DNA of 64,000 nucleotides from Vezdaea acicularis (Eukaryota): NCBI GenBank assembly GCA_026025075.1, contig JAPEUI010000020.1, positions 1 to 64,000 of the forward strand, read 5' to 3'. Shown piece by piece: positions 60,334 to 64,000 of this stretch (position 1 is its first letter; each line of letters starts with the position of its first letter). The notes under the pieces were generated by a model. It saw only the letters and a program-made list of their open reading frames with translations, ran no database searches and was not told where the DNA came from. The position numbers and the translations under genes were made by a program.

Positions 60334-60690
60334 ATATGATGAAGGTGAAGCTGTTGCAACATACTTGCAGGCGGAAAAGCACCTGACGGGAAATTCCGCT
60401 CACTCACACGCGCAAGCTCCGTCAGCAGCTTTAAGAAGTTTTCATCTCATGAAGTTTCCAATAGGCTCCGCCACTGTAGGTAGACGTAGTCCGTATTCTT
60501 TATGAACGTCAGCGTTTAAATCAGCTACATAACCTTGCGAACTTATCATGGTGGGCATATGGACCCAGCCATATGTGGATTGTACCTAAAAGAACTGGAC
60601 GACGGCGCTATCCGCATTGAAAGCTTAGTAAACATGATACGCCTTTCTTGACGCGTCAATCATTTCATTTTAGCATCACAGGCCATCGAG

Positions 60691-62907
60691 ATGCTGTTAT
60701 GCTGGGTTCGAAGAGCCTCCGCCGGACCAGCTGGGCTAGACCGCTCCATCTCTAGAGGACTCGTGTGCCGGAAAGACCAGGGATTTCGACCTCATATTCT
60801 GCGAACCCTAGCGCTTTCTTCCAAGCAATTGAAAGACGTTAACGGTGGGGGGAAGCCCAAAATCAAAAGTGTAACAGGAGTGAAAGACCAGGGAAAGCTG
60901 GACGTTTCGAGGCCCGAAGTATTGCAAAAGGCTCCTACGTCGACGGCACAGCGAGATCCTTTGCTCAGTGAGCAGCATGTATCGAATAAGGAGCAAAGGA
61001 GAGCCGATTGGGCTATCATAAAAGAGATGGCTGTATATCTATGGCCCAAAGACAATCTGGGCACGAGATTTCGCGTAGGGCTGTCTTTCGGATTACTTGT
61101 CGGCGCAAAATTACTCAATGTGCAAGTGCCTTTCTACTTCAAGAACATTGTTGACGCAATGAACATAGATTTTGTTGCCGTGGGAGGTACAGCGACGACT
61201 GTGGCGGGTTCCATGATTTTGGCCTATGGACTTACAAGGATTGGGGCGACCCTTTCCCAGGAATTGCGAAACGCAGTTTTTGCAAGCGTTGCCCAGAAAG
61301 CCATAAGAAGCGTTGCTGGCAATGTCTTTCATCATTTGCTTAGGCTGGACTTAAGATTCCACTTGACCAGGCAGACCGGGGGTCTTACGAGAGCTATTGA
61401 CAGGGGGACCAAAGGCATCAGCTTTCTGCTAACGTCGATGGTCTTTCACATCATTCCCACCGCCCTAGAGATCTCAATGGTCTGTGGCATCTTGACTTAC
61501 CAGTATGGTGCTAAGTTTGCTGCAATCACTGCGGTCACCATGGTTGGCTATACTGCCTTTACAATACTCGCGACCTCATGGAGAACAAAGTTTCGAAAAC
61601 AAGCAAACGCAGCTGATAACAGAGGGGCAACTGTTGCAGTGGACTCCCTAATTAATTACGAAGCTGTCAAGGTAAGCTTGGATGATATAGGATAAAGACA
61701 AAGCTTATGTCCCACAGTACTTCAATAATGAGAAATACGAAGTAGGCCGATACGATATGGCGCTGCAAGCTTATGAGAAAGCTTCCATCAAAGTTGCTAC
61801 TTCGCTCACCTTTCTTAATTCTGGTCAAAATTTGATCTTCTCTTCTGCCCTCACAGCCATGATGTATCTTGCAGCGGATGGCGTAGCAACTGGAACATTA
61901 ACCGTTGGAGACCTCGTCATGGTCAACCAATTGGTCTTTCAGCTCTCTGTGCCACTGAATTTTCTAGGTTCTGTGTACCGCGAGCTTCGACAGTCTTTGC
62001 TAGACATGCAAACGCTTTTTGACCTACAAAAGGTCAACATAGCCGTGAAAGAGCCCGAGCACCCCAAGCCGCTAGATCTAAAAGGCGGAAACATTAGATT
62101 TGAAAATGTTACTTTTGGCTACCATCCAGACAGGCCAATTCTGCGAAATCTGAATCTTACCGTACCAGCTGGTAAGAAGGTCGCTATAGTTGGGCCAAGC
62201 GGCTGCGGAAAGTCAACGATTCTAAGGCTTCTCTTTCGCTTCTATGATATACAGGAAGGTCGAATCTCAATTGATGGTCAAGATATCCGAGACGTGAGCC
62301 TTGAATCCCTTCGCAAAGCGATTGGAATAGTTCCTCAGGATACACCTCTCTTTAATAATACGATTGAGCATAACATTCATTATGGCAACCTGAGTGCATC
62401 TCCTGAGATGGTCGTCGCGGCCGCCAAGCGAGCAAAGATTCACGACACAGTCGCAAGCCTCCCCGACGGCTATGATACTATGGTCGGCGAACGTGGTATG
62501 ATGATCTCAGGAGGAGAAAAGCAGAGACTAGCCGTCTCGCGCCTGATTCTAAAAGATCCGCCCTTGCTCTTCTTCGACGAAGCTACGTCTGCGCTGGACA
62601 CGCATACGGAGCAATCGCTGCTGCAAAACATAAACAGCATATTGAAAGAGAAGGCGCGGACAAGTGTTTTCGTTGCACATCGACTACGGACGATTTACGA
62701 TAGCGATAAGATTATAGTCTTATCAAACGGTCAAGTGGCTGAGAGCGGAACTCATAGTGAGCTGATTGACACGGGAGGGCTATATTCTGAGCTCTGGAGT
62801 AGTAAGTATACACTCTGTGAGTCAAATCGGTCATCGCTAATTCATGTAAAGCGCAAGAGACGCTCTCTGCAGACGACGATGAGAAGCCAAATACAGACAA
62901 ATTATGA
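60691..62907 (+). CDS. ATM1: Mitochondrial ABC half-transporter Atm1 (Fe-S export)
   Basis: [56 protein letters not shown], Walker A GPSGCGKS, signature [18 protein letters not shown]. Introns ~61672-61717 and ~62802-62851. Confidence 0.97.
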
Positions 62908-63765
62908 CGAAAGAAAGGGCCATTTCGCATCTTAAATCAAGAAGTCAATTTCATGCACTACTGGCACGGTGGCATCCGGTTGGCTCGTACCAGGTGTAAG
63001 ATAAAGTCTTAGTCTGCTTGTTCCTTAATATCTGTGAGACAAAGTCAACACCAAATGGCGCCTAGAGTAGCTGTGGCTTCTAGGAACCCACCACCGCTTG
63101 GCGCGTGAATCTGTCACTTCGTTAAAGTAGCTCCTATTGAATGGGAGATATGAGACAAGGTAGATACTACGAAGAGCCTAATATTTAAGGAGATTTGAGT
63201 TCTATAGGCAGCATACGAAAGTTACTTAAAAAGTAATGGAGGCGCAAGGAAAACTACCAAGCCTCCCGAAGCGCTCCCTTCCTACTAGGTCGTATAAGCC
63301 TCGATAACGCAGTCCACAAGCGGGATAACCAACACAAGTGAGATCACCACCTCCAAAAGCATATAATCTGGACCCCCAATCATCACCCATAGCACGATGC
63401 AATTCTGACATCTACTACTACAAGATGATATTCTCAGTAGTCGAGGGACCAGGATGTTATTAACAATGCTATCACTGAGAGATAGATGCCTCAGAAAGTG
63501 GAAAATGAGAAGGCCCACTCGATATCAGTAAGGGATAAGGAGAAGTGCTGGAATACATATTGGAATGCTGGGGATAATGCTCACATATGCATCAGACATC
63601 AAGGGAATAACCTCCGGTTGAAATCACCATTGCGCTGGTGTTGTTATGATCGATGGTCAGGGGTCAAGGTTGTGTAGTGCATTTTGAAGGTGGTAATCTC
63701 GTTTGCGGATCGTATTTAAATGGATTAAAATATCCTCCAAATTATTCGACGAGAAAACTCGAAGT

Positions 63766-63783
63766 TCACGTGAGCGCACGTGA
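63766..63783. promoter_or_regulatory. Paired CACGTG E-boxes (bHLH sites)
   Basis: TCACGTGAGCGCACGTGA: two CACGTG hexamers 4 bp apart in intergenic DNA. Confidence 0.4.
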
Positions 63784-64000
63784 TTCACACAATTGTGCGT
63801 TGCATTTTCGTGCGGGACGCCAATGTGCTCCCTTAATTCCAGCTCCTTAGGCTGCCGCGAAACCCTGCTAGGTTGCTGCGCCATGCATGTCAAGAGGATA
63901 GTGTCCGACTCATGTCCTCGAGCTAGAAAACCCAAATTCCACGTACCATCGTGTGACCTTGTCGACTCCGTATTTCTAGGTTCACGGGAAGTCCAGAGCT

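Noticed and set aside
63226..63935. Short ORFs at the right edge
   Set aside because: No recognisable motifs or consistent splice pattern; cannot support a gene.
1..64000. CRISPR arrays, tRNA/rRNA genes, transposons, secondary-metabolite cluster
   Set aside because: No repeat-spacer array, cloverleaf, transposase/RT motif, terminal repeat or PKS/NRPS motif seen by eye; small RNAs could have been missed.

Overview
Gene-dense eukaryotic DNA from a filamentous ascomycete (Pezizomycotina-type short GT..AG introns with CTRAC-like branch points). About 22 protein genes can be supported. Most are conserved housekeeping genes: APC1, a probable NUP37, an AMSH-type deubiquitinase, MTF1-like, CCT7, RBD2, GGA, TSR3, COX20, GAA1, a GH72 glucanosyltransferase, FKS1, LCB1, an MFS transporter, AIM24 and ATM1. 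Four orphan secreted proteins sit between them. The most unusual part is an accessory block at about 48.1-54.5 kb. It holds an apparently intact multi-exon B-box / P-loop GTPase-like / RING / patatin-phospholipase gene. Directly upstream on the same strand is a decayed Cys-rich ectodomain / TM / ankyrin receptor-like relic, and the pair may be a sensor-executor (non-self or cell-death) module. Other points of interest are a GAA1-GEL-FKS1-LCB1 cell-wall neighbourhood, a probable GUG start in GGA, a uORF plus 5'UTR intron before FKS1, and a Kex2-type repeat precursor. No tRNA, rRNA, CRISPR array or transposon could be supported. All family calls come from recognising motifs by eye, not from database searches, and exon boundaries are manual.
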